Shown: piece by piece, positions 19,168 to 29,497 of the stretch
How positions within the stretch are numbered: position 1 is the first letter of the stretch
Layout of the letters: each line of letters begins with the position of its first letter
NCBI GenBank assembly: GCA_046483985.1
Contig: JAWOCD010000017.1
Coordinates: 1 to 64,000, forward strand
Origin: Promethearchaeia archaeon
GTDB lineage: Archaea; Asgardarchaeota; Lokiarchaeia; Sigyniarchaeales; SOKP01
Direction of reading: 5' to 3'
DNA: 64,000 nt
Notes under the pieces: generated by a model
Seen by the model: only the letters and a program-made list of their open reading frames with translations
Databases searched by the model: none
What the model was told of the DNA's origin: nothing
Translations under genes and position numbers: made by a program

Positions 19168-20835
19168 ATGAAATTACTCTATTTTGATGCAGATAAAGGA
19201 AAATTCTTTGCGGTAATAGGGGCATTAGTATTAGCCATCCTCATCGGTGCACGAATTATATTTACCATCTTAGGGAATTTTTTCCCTATAATCGAAATAA
19301 TTCTGAATTCGCTAACTATTACACTTTTTAATCGGGTGTTTGATCTGGATGGTGTAATTTTTTTAGCAATTATCTTTTATATATATCTCATTATAGACGG
19401 CTTTATCGATGGTATCCCGATGAGTATTGCACAAATTATCATTCTCTTGTTAATATTTTTTATAGGAACCGAGACCGGAAAAGTGCAACTGCTTTTTTCC
19501 TTCGATCTTCTGGATACGTTCATTATTCTTGATCTTTCTATTGTACTTTTTATCTTATTTTTTGTAAGTATCGGTTTGATTCTTTTTGAAATAATCCTTT
19601 TCCGAATGAAGGTGAGTTCGGACAAAATAAAAGATAAAGAGGGGAAAGAAAAAGAGAAGGGAGATGATTCACTCGCTTACGAAAAATTGACATCTGCTGG
19701 AAACAGTAAGGGATTACAAAAGATATTATCGTATTTACCATTTTCTACTGGTGGTAAAAAAAAGGAAAAATGGATAGATCGTAAGAAGGGCAAACTCAAT
19801 CTACGCCAAGACGAGAGCCCGGTCTTAAAGGATTGGAAAATGCTAGAGGGTAATTCTAAAGAATCCGCTTTCCGGTTCTATATTATTAGTACATCTATAT
19901 TACTCTTTACAGGCTTAATATATGGAATAATACGATATTTCATCTTTGATCTCCCCGCCCCAGGAGATTATTATAATAACTTTATGACTGGGTTGTTCTT
20001 TCCGATGTATGTTATTTTATTAACCTCGTTCCTCTCCATAAGACATTTTCTAAGGGCTTCCATTTTAACTATTCTGGTTATATCAATTAATTTTATACTA
20101 AGGGATATGGGAATTATAACTGTAGAAGGAATCTTCCTATTAGCGGTATTAGTAGATGTTCTTAACTGGTTTTTTATTGATTTGGCGCCCTTTTTGAACC
20201 AAATGACCAGCGAACAACTCTTAACTTTGTTGGTTTTTATTATTAACATTGTGATTCAAGTTCAATTTTTTCTTTTGATGTTAAACCTTTCCTTTCGTTA
20301 TCTAAAAGGAAAAGGTTCTAAAATGGAAATATTTTCTTCGAATCAGTTCTTATATCTAAGAAAGAAAGAGAAATTTAACACTTGGATGATCTCTTTTGAT
20401 TTCTTAACTTTGGCAGTTTGGCCATATAACCCCAATAATTGGAGGAATATATGGAATAAATTAAAGTTTAAAATTCACTCAATGCGGGAGGGAATCGAAC
20501 TCAATTATGGCCGTCTCTCCTATGCAAACTCTATCAAAAAGATTAAAAAGATTAGACGAACAAAATGGAAATTTATTTTGAAAATTATACTGATCATACT
20601 TTTTGCTCCTATTATTTGGGCAATGTTCTCAATACCTTACTCTTTTGGATACGTGTTACTTATACTGGTTCTAGTTGAGACATGGAGATTTATGCACGGT
20701 ACAGATAAAATTAAAATAAAAATCAAATTTAAATCCAAAAAGACCCAAGGATCTTTTTTTATGTTATCAAACGAGAATGTATTAACTTTATATAATGTTC
20801 CAATGGATGTCGCTGCGTTGATACCTTCCGTTTAA
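19168..20835 (+). CDS. Polytopic membrane protein of unknown function
   Basis: 555 aa, about 10 hydrophobic helices with Lys-rich loops. Confidence 0.75.
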   Translation: MKLLYFDADKGKFFAVIGALVLAILIGARIIFTILGNFFPIIEIILNSLTITLFNRVFDLDGVIFLAIIFYIYLIIDGFIDGIPMSIAQIIILLLIFFIGTETGKVQLLFSFDLLDTFIILDLSIVLFILFFVSIGLILFEIILFRMKVSSDKIKDKEGKEKEKGDDSLAYEKLTSAGNSKGLQKILSYLPFSTGGKKKEKWIDRKKGKLNLRQDESPVLKDWKMLEGNSKESAFRFYIISTSILLFTGLIYGIIRYFIFDLPAPGDYYNNFMTGLFFPMYVILLTSFLSIRHFLRASILTILVISINFILRDMGIITVEGIFLLAVLVDVLNWFFIDLAPFLNQMTSEQLLTLLVFIINIVIQVQFFLLMLNLSFRYLKGKGSKMEIFSSNQFLYLRKKEKFNTWMISFDFLTLAVWPYNPNNWRNIWNKLKFKIHSMREGIELNYGRLSYANSIKKIKKIRRTKWKFILKIILIILFAPIIWAMFSIPYSFGYVLLILVLVETWRFMHGTDKIKIKIKFKSKKTQGSFFMLSNENVLTLYNVPMDVAALIPSV

Positions 20836-20878
20836 GGAAATGATTAATCAGAGATTTGTGCGGTATGTTATTTTATTC

Positions 20879-20910
20879 TTGAACTACTCATCCCTAAAGG
20901 CGGGAGATTC
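20879..20910 (-). mobile_element. IS200/IS605-type right end (solo)
   Basis: Minus strand GAATCTCCCGCCTTTAGGGATGAGTAGTTCAA matches the GAATC..CCTTTAGG..GAG..TCAA right-end pattern. Confidence 0.65.
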
Positions 20911-20951
20911 ATATTCTCTAGTGCATGTTCATTTTTTCGTTTTTTCTCGCA

Positions 20952-21779
20952 TCAGTTTGGCACGTAATACTTAAAATGCTCATCCTCGACCTTATATGCT
21001 TGAAAAAACCAATGAAATTTTTTCTTTTCCCATATTGTATCTATGTTTTTTATCCCCCTTTGTAGCTTGGTAATTAAGGTAAGATCACAAGGATATCGAC
21101 CATGTGAAGGATATAATCTTACATCTTTATTGTTTTCGTAGAGTTGTGATATAGTTTTCAGTGAATTTAAGAGAACGGAGAACTCGCCTTTTGGTGGCAG
21201 AAATTGTTCGCCATAATATGCTGTATCTCCGGTAAAAAGCTCTCCTGTGGTGGTTAAAAGGCAGATTGACCCCGGAGAATGACCGGGAGTATGATGGATG
21301 TTAACAGAGATTCCCCCCAAATCAATTGAATCTCCGTGTTTTACAGATTCAATATTTTCAGCGGGAGGTATCATGAAATTAAATGGTTCATACGCCTCAA
21401 CTATGTCAGCGGGAGAATCTTTTAGGAATGAAATATTGTAAGGACGCGATATTATTGAGATCTCCTTTACGTGAATAAGAACGGTATGAAAATCGAAATT
21501 GCCGAGGATATGATCCCAATGAGCATGCGTATTCACAATTATCAAGGATTTTTCCTGTATAATCTCTTCTACAATGGGTTTTATTGGTTCAATACGGCAT
21601 CCTGTATCGATTAATAAAGCCCTACGAGACCCCATGAGAAGATAGAGGTTCAACGGATCGTTTTTATAGACGGGATGAATTGAAGAAAGTTGTTCCTTAA
21701 AGGTATAGAGATGCTCTTTAGGATGATCCAATTCGTATCTCTCGCTATTTATTTTCATATTACAAGATAGCATATTCAA
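20952..21779 (-). CDS. MBL-fold metallo-hydrolase
   Basis: LIDTG, THAHWDH, TPGHSPG, FTGD, PSHG. Confidence 0.9.
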   Translation of the reverse strand: MNMLSCNMKINSERYELDHPKEHLYTFKEQLSSIHPVYKNDPLNLYLLMGSRRALLIDTGCRIEPIKPIVEEIIQEKSLIIVNTHAHWDHILGNFDFHTVLIHVKEISIISRPYNISFLKDSPADIVEAYEPFNFMIPPAENIESVKHGDSIDLGGISVNIHHTPGHSPGSICLLTTTGELFTGDTAYYGEQFLPPKGEFSVLLNSLKTISQLYENNKDVRLYPSHGRYPCDLTLITKLQRGIKNIDTIWEKKKFHWFFQAYKVEDEHFKYYVPN

Positions 21780-21989
21780 ATTATTAAATTTTAGAAAGAG
21801 TTCTAAAGAAGTTTAATTATTTGAAAATAGGCACTTCTCGCAGTGTTTAGGAACTATCTTATAAGAGGTGGATGCATAAATCTTTAACTTAAACACGAAG
21901 ATACAACTGCCCAATCATTACCTATAAGAAGGAAAAAATTCTTATTCAATAAGAACGAGCCGCCCTACAAAATATACCATAAATATCCA

Positions 21990-22305
21990 TTGGACAACTC
22001 ATTTATGAAAGCGTAAGATTCGTACCCCTTAATGCATAATACACACACCATACAATATGGGATGGTTCTCCACTCCGAAATGATCGTCCCCGAAGGGGCG
22101 ATGAACATGATTATACTTTTTAAGGATATTTATGCTTCCCATCCATCTCGGTCATTTCATTATCCGCATTGCCTATACTTGAATTCTCTATCACTCGGAT
22201 TTCATTGAAGGTGGTCGTTATTTAAATCTTTTGGCTAATGCGGTTCTTGGGCTAAAATTGGGGTAAAACCATCCTCGCCCTCAGGGACGGGGTATTTTTT
22301 TGCCT
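21990..22305 (-). mobile_element. Non-autonomous IS200/IS605-derived mini-element (about 310 bp)
   Basis: Left-end-type hairpin CATCCTCGCCCTCAGGGACGGGGT (22270-22293), tnpB 3' remnant, hairpin at 22083-22102, degenerate right end GAATCTTACGCTTTCATAAATGAGTTGTCCAA (22021-21990). Confidence 0.7.
22110..22205 (-). pseudogene. tnpB: tnpB C-terminal remnant (zinc finger and RuvC-III)
   Basis: Reads PSDREFKYRQCG**NDRD, frameshift, GSINILKKY, like the TnpB F.C..CG...DRD.N.AINI tail. Confidence 0.65.
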
Positions 22306-22394
22306 TTAATAATAAATCTAATTAAAAAACTAATATAATAATTATATATTGATAGTAGTTAATTATACTAAAGAAGAACTACCTTCGATACAAT

Positions 22395-23579
22395 TTGCCA
22401 GTTAAAAACCAGAGATTAAAGGAAAATCTTGAATTATTCTCGTTTCCCAGGTTATCTGGGACAGACAATGAGAAAAGAGCGTTTGCCCTCTTAAAAGACA
22501 AACTAAATAAGAAAGAGGTTGAATATTATACTCAACCTTTTTCTTTCTCCACATTTTATTCTCGAATATATCCAAAAATCTCGTTATCGTTCTGTTTTTG
22601 GCTCTTTGCTCTTTTTTTCTTTGCCATGTCACCGTTTATTTTTTGCCTTCAGATTATTATTATCTCGGCGGTTTTATTCTCTCTTATCTTGCTTACCCGG
22701 AGACCAGAAAACATTAATTTTGGAAAGGTTCTAGATTCCCAAAATGTGATTGTAAGAATACCTTCTAAAGGGGAGGAATTGAAAAATGGAGAAACCTATA
22801 CGGATAAGACAGAGGAAATCTTTATTTTTGCCCATTTAGATTCAAAGAGTCAGCGTTTATCGATCCGAACGAGAATATATGCCTTCATGCTGTGGAGTGT
22901 ATCTTCTATTACTATAACTGCCAGTATAATTCTGCGAATTTTTCTGCCTCAACTTCAATTTCTTTTTTATACTGTGGGGTTAATTTTTTTAGGTATAAAT
23001 CTAATCAGTGTAATTCTTATTGTAGTAAACCGTACAACTAATAAATCTCCCGGTGCCCTTGACAATGGTTCTGGAACCGTATGCATTTTAGAAATCCTAA
23101 ATCATTTTGAGGAAACTAATATGCAATTGAATAATTACAATATCTCGATTATATTTATCGGAGCAGAAGAATGTGGAACTATGGGGATTCGTCATTATTT
23201 TAAAAAAATTAATTCAGCAGATAAAAACACCTCTTATATCATTAACATCGATGCTGTCGGAGATAATCCCGCGTATTTTAGTAATTATATAAATCATAAA
23301 AAAAATGTGGACCTTTTTCATCAATTTAAGCGAATTGCTGATAAACTGAATTTGGATTGGAAATTGGAAAACGCGAGCTTTGGTGTTCGGAGCGACGGTT
23401 TATTCTTGAGAAAAGAAGGATTCCATGGTTTCGGTTTTGGGGACTTGAAAGTATACAAGTATGTTCACTCAAAAAAGGATACAGTAGATAAGGTTAGCAT
23501 ATCTGTGTTAGAAAAAATATGTAAATTTATTATTTCTGCAGTCAGAATTTTGGACCAAAGACAAGATAAGGATATCTGA
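22395..23579 (+). CDS. M28-family peptidase with inserted transmembrane segments
   Basis: PRLSGT, AHLDSK, PGALDNGSG, GAEECG, NIDAVG, SDG, HSKKDT. Confidence 0.85.
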   Translation: MPVKNQRLKENLELFSFPRLSGTDNEKRAFALLKDKLNKKEVEYYTQPFSFSTFYSRIYPKISLSFCFWLFALFFFAMSPFIFCLQIIIISAVLFSLILLTRRPENINFGKVLDSQNVIVRIPSKGEELKNGETYTDKTEEIFIFAHLDSKSQRLSIRTRIYAFMLWSVSSITITASIILRIFLPQLQFLFYTVGLIFLGINLISVILIVVNRTTNKSPGALDNGSGTVCILEILNHFEETNMQLNNYNISIIFIGAEECGTMGIRHYFKKINSADKNTSYIINIDAVGDNPAYFSNYINHKKNVDLFHQFKRIADKLNLDWKLENASFGVRSDGLFLRKEGFHGFGFGDLKVYKYVHSKKDTVDKVSISVLEKICKFIISAVRILDQRQDKDI

Positions 23580-23705
23580 TTCAAACATCTTTCTCTTCGA
23601 GAGAGATTCGAGAACGAGTGAATCATAGAAGTGTTACTTTTTTTTAAATTATAAGATAATAATTATTAAATTATTCTTCATCTCTTTATTATATTATAAC
23701 CTAAA

Positions 23706-24374
23706 TTGGTGAGAACCAATATGCATCCATTGTATGAACAATTTGAAAATTATTTAGAGGCAGAAAATAAACAAAAGTCTGTTGATTTTATTCTTTCAAG
23801 ATTGGAATCGGGAGAGCTCGATATTTTAACAGTCTATAATGAATTTCTTACACCAGCTTTGAATGAACCCTTTTGTCATGAGGGGGAAGAAATATGTATC
23901 TGGAAAGAACATATCCGAACTTCAATTATTCGGACCATAATGGAATGTTGTTATCCCTTCTTGATGAAGGAAATAGAAAAGAAAGGGACAAAGCAGCGGA
24001 ATCAAAAGGTTCTTATCGCTTGTCCCTCGGATGAATATCATGAACTCGGCGCTCGGATGGTATCGGATTTTTTTACGTATGTAGGATTAAGTCCTATCTT
24101 CATTGGGGCGAATACGCCGAGAGAGCAAATCTCTTCTGCCATAGATTACTTTAAGCCAGATATTGTTGCCGTTAGTGTGACGAATTATTATCATTTGGTG
24201 GAGGTCCGTAAACTAATTGATTTAATAAAACATCAGAAGCAATTCACGGGAAAGATTATCGTAGGCGGTAATGCATTCAAGAAAGAACCTGACGTGTATA
24301 AAGATTTAGGGGCCGATGCGCTCTTGGAGAATTTTCAAGATATAAAAAAATTAGCGGAGGAGGGAATACAATGA
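23706..24374 (+). CDS. Stand-alone cobalamin-binding protein (cap domain + B12-binding Rossmann domain)
   Basis: WKEH in the cap, DEYHELG (D/ExHxxG), GANTP, IVGGNAF, GADA; start may be ATG 23721. Confidence 0.85.
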   Translation: MVRTNMHPLYEQFENYLEAENKQKSVDFILSRLESGELDILTVYNEFLTPALNEPFCHEGEEICIWKEHIRTSIIRTIMECCYPFLMKEIEKKGTKQRNQKVLIACPSDEYHELGARMVSDFFTYVGLSPIFIGANTPREQISSAIDYFKPDIVAVSVTNYYHLVEVRKLIDLIKHQKQFTGKIIVGGNAFKKEPDVYKDLGADALLENFQDIKKLAEEGIQ

Positions 24375-25531
24375 ATTTATCTTTAAGAGTGGCTTGGAGG
24401 TTTCTCAAGTCGAATAAGTCCCAAACTCTCCTAATTATCTTGGGGATTTCGATTGGAATTAGTGTACAAGTATTTGTGGGGATATTAATTCAATCGCTCC
24501 AAGAAAGTCTCGTTAACTCCACTATTGGCAACTCAAGTCACATTACAGTTTTGCCTGATCAAGGCGTTTCGTCCCGAATTGACGGATATGAGGGGATCAT
24601 AGAAAAATTGGAGGAATTCGATTCGATGCGAGCGGTTTCAATCGCCTCAGATTCTAATGCTTTAACAAATGTATCTGGGGTGGATTACTCTATTTTAGTG
24701 AGGGGATTTGAACTCGATAAAGCCGATAAAATCTATGAAATTAAAGACAATATAATTAAAGGGAAAATACCCGAGAACCCTAATGAAGTTATAGTAGGAA
24801 AAGAGTTTAGCCAAGATTTGGAAGTGGAAGTTGGTGAGGAATTTTACATTCAAGGACAAGGACAAGAAATTAATGACCCAGTACAAATTGTCGGAGTGTA
24901 TGATTTAAACGTAAAAAGTATTAATGAAAAATGGGTAATTACAACATTAGCGACATCGCAAGAGATATTTGCCGAGGGAAATAATACAGTCACCTCAATC
25001 GAAACGCAATTGGACGAAGACTATATCTTTGAAGCAGATACTATTGCTGAGGAGGTTGAAAGTGATTTAGATAATGACGAATTAAAAATACAAAATTGGA
25101 AAGATCAGAATCAAGAACTGTTAAGCGGGTTACAAGGTCAATCGATCTCAAGTTATTTTATCCAAATTTTTGTCATCATGAGTGTAGTCATCGGAATTTC
25201 GAGTGTCCTAGCAATTACGGTGCTTCAAAAGAGCCGACAATTGGGAATTTTAAAAGCTATGGGCATCACGAATAAAAAAGCAAGTATGATCTTTCTTTTT
25301 GAAGGATTAATTTTTGGAATTTGTGGAGCCCTCGGAGGAGTTTCCTTAGGGCTATTCCTATTGGCGGGCTTCAATTTCGGTACTGGTGGTTCTGTGATCA
25401 CTCTCTCCATTGATCCGATCTTTATAATCATTTCTGGATTGATCTCAATTATCGCGTGTGTTATTGCGGCACTCTTACCTGCTGTGAAGTCATCAAAATT
25501 AGATCCCATAGATATTATTCGAGGTGAATAA
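24371..25531 (+). CDS. MacB/FtsX/LolE-type ABC permease
   Basis: Four TM helices with a large extracellular domain; KSRQLGILKAMG, LDPIDIIR. Confidence 0.9.
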   Translation: MNLSLRVAWRFLKSNKSQTLLIILGISIGISVQVFVGILIQSLQESLVNSTIGNSSHITVLPDQGVSSRIDGYEGIIEKLEEFDSMRAVSIASDSNALTNVSGVDYSILVRGFELDKADKIYEIKDNIIKGKIPENPNEVIVGKEFSQDLEVEVGEEFYIQGQGQEINDPVQIVGVYDLNVKSINEKWVITTLATSQEIFAEGNNTVTSIETQLDEDYIFEADTIAEEVESDLDNDELKIQNWKDQNQELLSGLQGQSISSYFIQIFVIMSVVIGISSVLAITVLQKSRQLGILKAMGITNKKASMIFLFEGLIFGICGALGGVSLGLFLLAGFNFGTGGSVITLSIDPIFIIISGLISIIACVIAALLPAVKSSKLDPIDIIRGE

Positions 25532-25534
25532 AGG

Positions 25535-26224
25535 ATGAAAAATGAAGTTATTAGATTAGAAAATATAGATAAATTCTATTATTCTGGTGTGGCCACGCAA
25601 GTTTTATTCGGAATCAATTTAAAAATCAACGAAGGAGAATTCTGCTCCATAATTGGTCCTTCGGGAAGCGGAAAGTCCACCCTAATGAATATCATTGGAA
25701 CCTTGGACAAACCAACAGAGGGAAAACTCTATATCGATCAAAAGCGGACGGACAAAATGAATGAAAAAGAATTATCTTCCTTGCGAAATCAGACCATTGG
25801 GTTTGTGTTTCAATTCCATTATTTACTTCCTGAATTCACTGCAATTGAGAACGTGTTGATGCCCTTCCGTATTAGTGATCAAAAAGTTACCAAGGAGGTC
25901 AAAGAGCGAGGTGAAGAACTGTTAAAGTTGATGGGGATCCATCAAGTAAAAGATAATTTAACGCCCAATATGTCGGGTGGACAACAGCAGAGAACCGCAG
26001 TTGCCCGTGCGTTAATGAATAATCCCAAAATATTGCTTGCTGATGAGCCCACGGGAAATTTAGATAGTGAAGCAACGGATAATGTCTATGAATTATTCAG
26101 AGAAATTAATAAAAAGTATAAGACTTCCATTATAACTATAACCCACGACAGGAAAATTGCAGAGCGAACAGATAGGATAATCGAATTGAGAGATGGCAAG
26201 ATAGTCTTAGATGTTGAAAAATAA
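25535..26224 (+). CDS. LolD/MacB-type ABC ATPase
   Basis: GPSGSGKS, GFVFQ, MSGGQQQR, LADEPTGNLD. Confidence 0.93.
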   Translation: MKNEVIRLENIDKFYYSGVATQVLFGINLKINEGEFCSIIGPSGSGKSTLMNIIGTLDKPTEGKLYIDQKRTDKMNEKELSSLRNQTIGFVFQFHYLLPEFTAIENVLMPFRISDQKVTKEVKERGEELLKLMGIHQVKDNLTPNMSGGQQQRTAVARALMNNPKILLADEPTGNLDSEATDNVYELFREINKKYKTSIITITHDRKIAERTDRIIELRDGKIVLDVEK

Positions 26225-26313
26225 TAAATTTTTATCCACTTTTTTTTTAATTTGTATAATTTGAGCCAGCTGTTATATAAAATTTCTCTTTTTGAGCAAA
26301 AAACGGATTTACT

Positions 26314-26874
26314 TTATTTAAAGCATATTAATCCGAATCGATAAAGATAGGTTTTTGGAGGCCATTCTACATGTATTCCAACATTTTTAGCCGTTTCGCT
26401 GACGTTTATCCCCACGGCTTCCATCGAATAGCGAATATCCTCTGGAAAGCGGCAAGCTTCTCCGTCATCATAGGTACACGGTTTATTTAATCTTTCCTCA
26501 CATAATTTACAATATCCATCCCATAACACTAATATATCTCCAAATTCAGAGGATAGATGAGAAATGCACTCTCTCATTTCCTCTGCAAATTGAGACCTCA
26601 CAAGCTCTTTTCGATATATTGAAGTGATAATGTGTGATTTTTTCCGGTTGGAATGCTTGGCGCGTATTTTCTCGATATATTCTTCCAAATTGAATTTCAC
26701 ATACACCAAGAGGTATTTTGAATACTTAGAGACATCCTCCTCCAAATAAGGAGCTTCTGGAGGACACGCCCATGAATGTCCGTAATGAGGGCAAGTAAAT
26801 TCCGAATTTTTGCAATAGGTCTGTATTGCTTTATTAAAAACAATATCTTGGAAATTGATCTCAATTGAGGGCAT
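26314..26874 (-). CDS. DUF2284 cysteine-rich metal-binding protein
   Basis: CPHYGHSWACPP, C..C, CRFP, SMEAVGI. Confidence 0.82.
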   Translation of the reverse strand: MPSIEINFQDIVFNKAIQTYCKNSEFTCPHYGHSWACPPEAPYLEEDVSKYSKYLLVYVKFNLEEYIEKIRAKHSNRKKSHIITSIYRKELVRSQFAEEMRECISHLSSEFGDILVLWDGYCKLCEERLNKPCTYDDGEACRFPEDIRYSMEAVGINVSETAKNVGIHVEWPPKTYLYRFGLICFK

Positions 26875-26969
26875 TTTTCTTAAAAAGGAAAAGCATTCAT
26901 TATATTGAAATTTTATTATATTCTAGGGATATTGAAAGTTTATAAATAAGTCTCTATATTAATTAAGTT

Positions 26970-27635
26970 ATGAAATTATTCGAAAAACTGAAAGAAAAAT
27001 TTAAGAAAGATAAACCCGAATTAGGGGAAACCTATCAAAAATATTTGGAAGAATTGAAATGCGGCACAGCTGCACTCTATGACGGGTTCAATATCCTATT
27101 AAAAGGAAAAAAGAATGAGGAAAAGTTGAATGAGGTAATCTCCTCAGAGCATAAAGCCGACCGACTCAAAGAAAAATATATTGAAACTCTGTTTAAAACC
27201 AAGAGAGCATTGCCGTTTTTAATTGAAGATCGATATAAAATAATTAATAATCTGGATAGTATTTCCGATAAATCTGAGGAAATATCTCATTTTATCCTGT
27301 TGTATCCATATAATGTTTATGCCAGTATAAAGGAAGAGATGAAAAACCTCAATAAATTATGTTTCGATAGTGTCTGTGAATTAATTGATATGGTTGATTT
27401 GATGGAGAATAATTTCAACAAAGCTTATCAAAAAACGTTTTATATTGAAAATATTAAAAGAGAGGGACGAGCAGTCTATTATAAGCTGTTAGCGGAGTTA
27501 TTTACTTATCGGGAAAATGCTTTAAGAGTATATCTCACTTCAAAACTGATTGTATGGTTATTTGAGATTATCTCAAAGGTGGAAGAGATCTCCGATTATC
27601 TACGAGGGCTTATTATAAAATATCCCAATAAATAA
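26970..27635 (+). CDS. DUF47/PhoU-like phosphate transport regulator
   Basis: EHKAD, P...EDR, LDSISD; upstream of a PiT gene. Confidence 0.85.
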   Translation: MKLFEKLKEKFKKDKPELGETYQKYLEELKCGTAALYDGFNILLKGKKNEEKLNEVISSEHKADRLKEKYIETLFKTKRALPFLIEDRYKIINNLDSISDKSEEISHFILLYPYNVYASIKEEMKNLNKLCFDSVCELIDMVDLMENNFNKAYQKTFYIENIKREGRAVYYKLLAELFTYRENALRVYLTSKLIVWLFEIISKVEEISDYLRGLIIKYPNK

Positions 27636-27653
27636 TTAAGGTGTTGACTTAAA

Positions 27654-28622
27654 ATGGATTTCTCGCTTATTATCATCATTTTTTTCATACTTTCCCTCAT
27701 TATTGCCTTCGCTATTGGTGCCAATGACGAATCATTTGCCACAGTCTACGGGTCTCGTACATTAACGATGAAACAACTTTTAGTATTAACCACTATTCTT
27801 GCCATCGCAGGAGCGTTTATTTTAGGCGAAGCTGTGAGTGAAACGGTGGGAAAAGAAATTTTGAAGACAGAAGTAACGAATGCTGTAGTAATTACCATAC
27901 TCATCTCTACAGCGACTTGGTTAATTATTTCAGCAGCTTTTGGACTTCCTATCTCGACCACTCATGCTACTATTGGAGCAGTTATCGGTTTAGGCCTATT
28001 TTTTGGCGGATTTGAGGGTTTAAAATGGGGCACTGTAATCGAAATGAGTGCTTGGTGGCTCCTTTCTCCTTTGATAGGATATGTGGCGACTTATATATCC
28101 TATAAATTAGTTCATAAGAAGGTGATCAATAAATTAAATGGACTCGATGATTTTGAAAAAACGGAAAAACAATTCTCTTATTTGCTTCTTTTAACTATAT
28201 GTATCACAGCATTCTCTCGTGCTGGAAATGATACTTCTAATGCGGTTGGAATTCTAACGGGTATTGAAGAAATCAACATCAATTTTGCTTTGCTTATTGT
28301 TGGAATCAGTTTTGCTCTTGGAATTATTGTCCTAGGACGAAATGTGATTCGAAATGTGGGTTCAATAACTGAATTAAGACCGAGTACCGCATTTGCTGCA
28401 GAATTTCCAACCACGATCATCTTATTTGTTGGGACAATGTTGGGAATCCCCTTATCGGGGTCCCATATGCTTGTCGCATCGCTTGTTGGACTTTCAAGAG
28501 CAAGCAAAAGTCATACCCAAAAAGGTTTAAGGAAAATTGTTGCAGCTTGGTTGTTAACCTTTCCCGCTGCTGGACTGTTTAGCGTGATAATCTTTGTCCC
28601 AATAAACAATTTGATTATATAA
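27654..28622 (+). CDS. Inorganic phosphate transporter, PiT family
   Basis: GAND, GLPISTTHA, AGNDTSNAVG, GIPLSGSH. Confidence 0.92.
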   Translation: MDFSLIIIIFFILSLIIAFAIGANDESFATVYGSRTLTMKQLLVLTTILAIAGAFILGEAVSETVGKEILKTEVTNAVVITILISTATWLIISAAFGLPISTTHATIGAVIGLGLFFGGFEGLKWGTVIEMSAWWLLSPLIGYVATYISYKLVHKKVINKLNGLDDFEKTEKQFSYLLLLTICITAFSRAGNDTSNAVGILTGIEEININFALLIVGISFALGIIVLGRNVIRNVGSITELRPSTAFAAEFPTTIILFVGTMLGIPLSGSHMLVASLVGLSRASKSHTQKGLRKIVAAWLLTFPAAGLFSVIIFVPINNLII

Positions 28623-28753
28623 GTAATAGATTTCCCTTGTTTCTTGAGCAACACCTTGCCGCGGAACTGTTTGAATTGAGGCCCGACAGTCTAACAATTA
28701 TTTATTTTTTCTTTTGCTTCTTTTCTATTTTTATATTTTGGCCGTTAATCGGA

Positions 28754-29239
28754 TTAACCGGATTTTAATGCAACACGTTCCCCTGTTTCCTTTAATTTAA
28801 AAATACGCAAGTTCCCATCTGGTTTGAAAGCTTCCCATCCTTCCTCCTTCTCGAATCCATGGGCAGAGAGAAAATTCTCTGAAAAACTATTCCGTGCATC
28901 CTCTACCAAGGCTCGAATGACCGCCTTTTTTGTTTCATCATCTTTAACTTCGACTAAGGTTCCTTGGATGGAGATAAAATAAAATTCCGATAATTCTTCT
29001 TTTAACTGCTCAATAGAGATACAGACATTGTTATTTTTCTCTAATATACGTTTCTTCTTCCCGTAATCTGTGAAGTGGAAATAAAAAGCGTCATTATAGA
29101 TATATTGAAAGGGAGCAATATAAGGGTAAACTTCAGATTGGTTCGATTGCGTATCGATAAAAGCCATTCTGCAAATTGATTGCGTTTCGATTAAATTTTT
29201 AATTTCTTGATCAGACATTTGGGGTAATTTAATTGGCAT
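28754..29239 (-). CDS. Pyridoxamine 5'-phosphate oxidase/NimA-like flavin-binding protein
   Basis: CRMAF, PYIAP, YFH...GKK, NNNVCI, SIQG. Confidence 0.82.
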   Translation of the reverse strand: MPIKLPQMSDQEIKNLIETQSICRMAFIDTQSNQSEVYPYIAPFQYIYNDAFYFHFTDYGKKKRILEKNNNVCISIEQLKEELSEFYFISIQGTLVEVKDDETKKAVIRALVEDARNSFSENFLSAHGFEKEEGWEAFKPDGNLRIFKLKETGERVALKSG

Positions 29240-29353
29240 ATAATCTAATAATACCCTTCTTCATTTAAATTTTGAATGTTGATAAACATTGTAATACAAT
29301 TTCTCTCTAATATAGGTTTGTCTTCTTGTCGTGATTTTAGCTGCAATAAATAA

Positions 29354-29497
29354 CTAAAATACAGGTGGTCGCTGGTGGAGAAAGTCTTCTCCTGCTTCTT
29401 TAATTCGTCCCTCAAGCATTTTAACTGGCTCAAACTCCTTCTCGGGATTGTTTACGGGAATTTTTTTCTTCGAGCGATCAAAAAAAGTATCTGCCAT
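29354..29497 (-). other. Possible small ORF (47 aa) or gene fragment
   Basis: MADTFFDRSKKKIPVNNPEKEFEPVKMLEGRIKEAGEDFLHQRPPVF, preceded by GGGAG. Confidence 0.3.
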
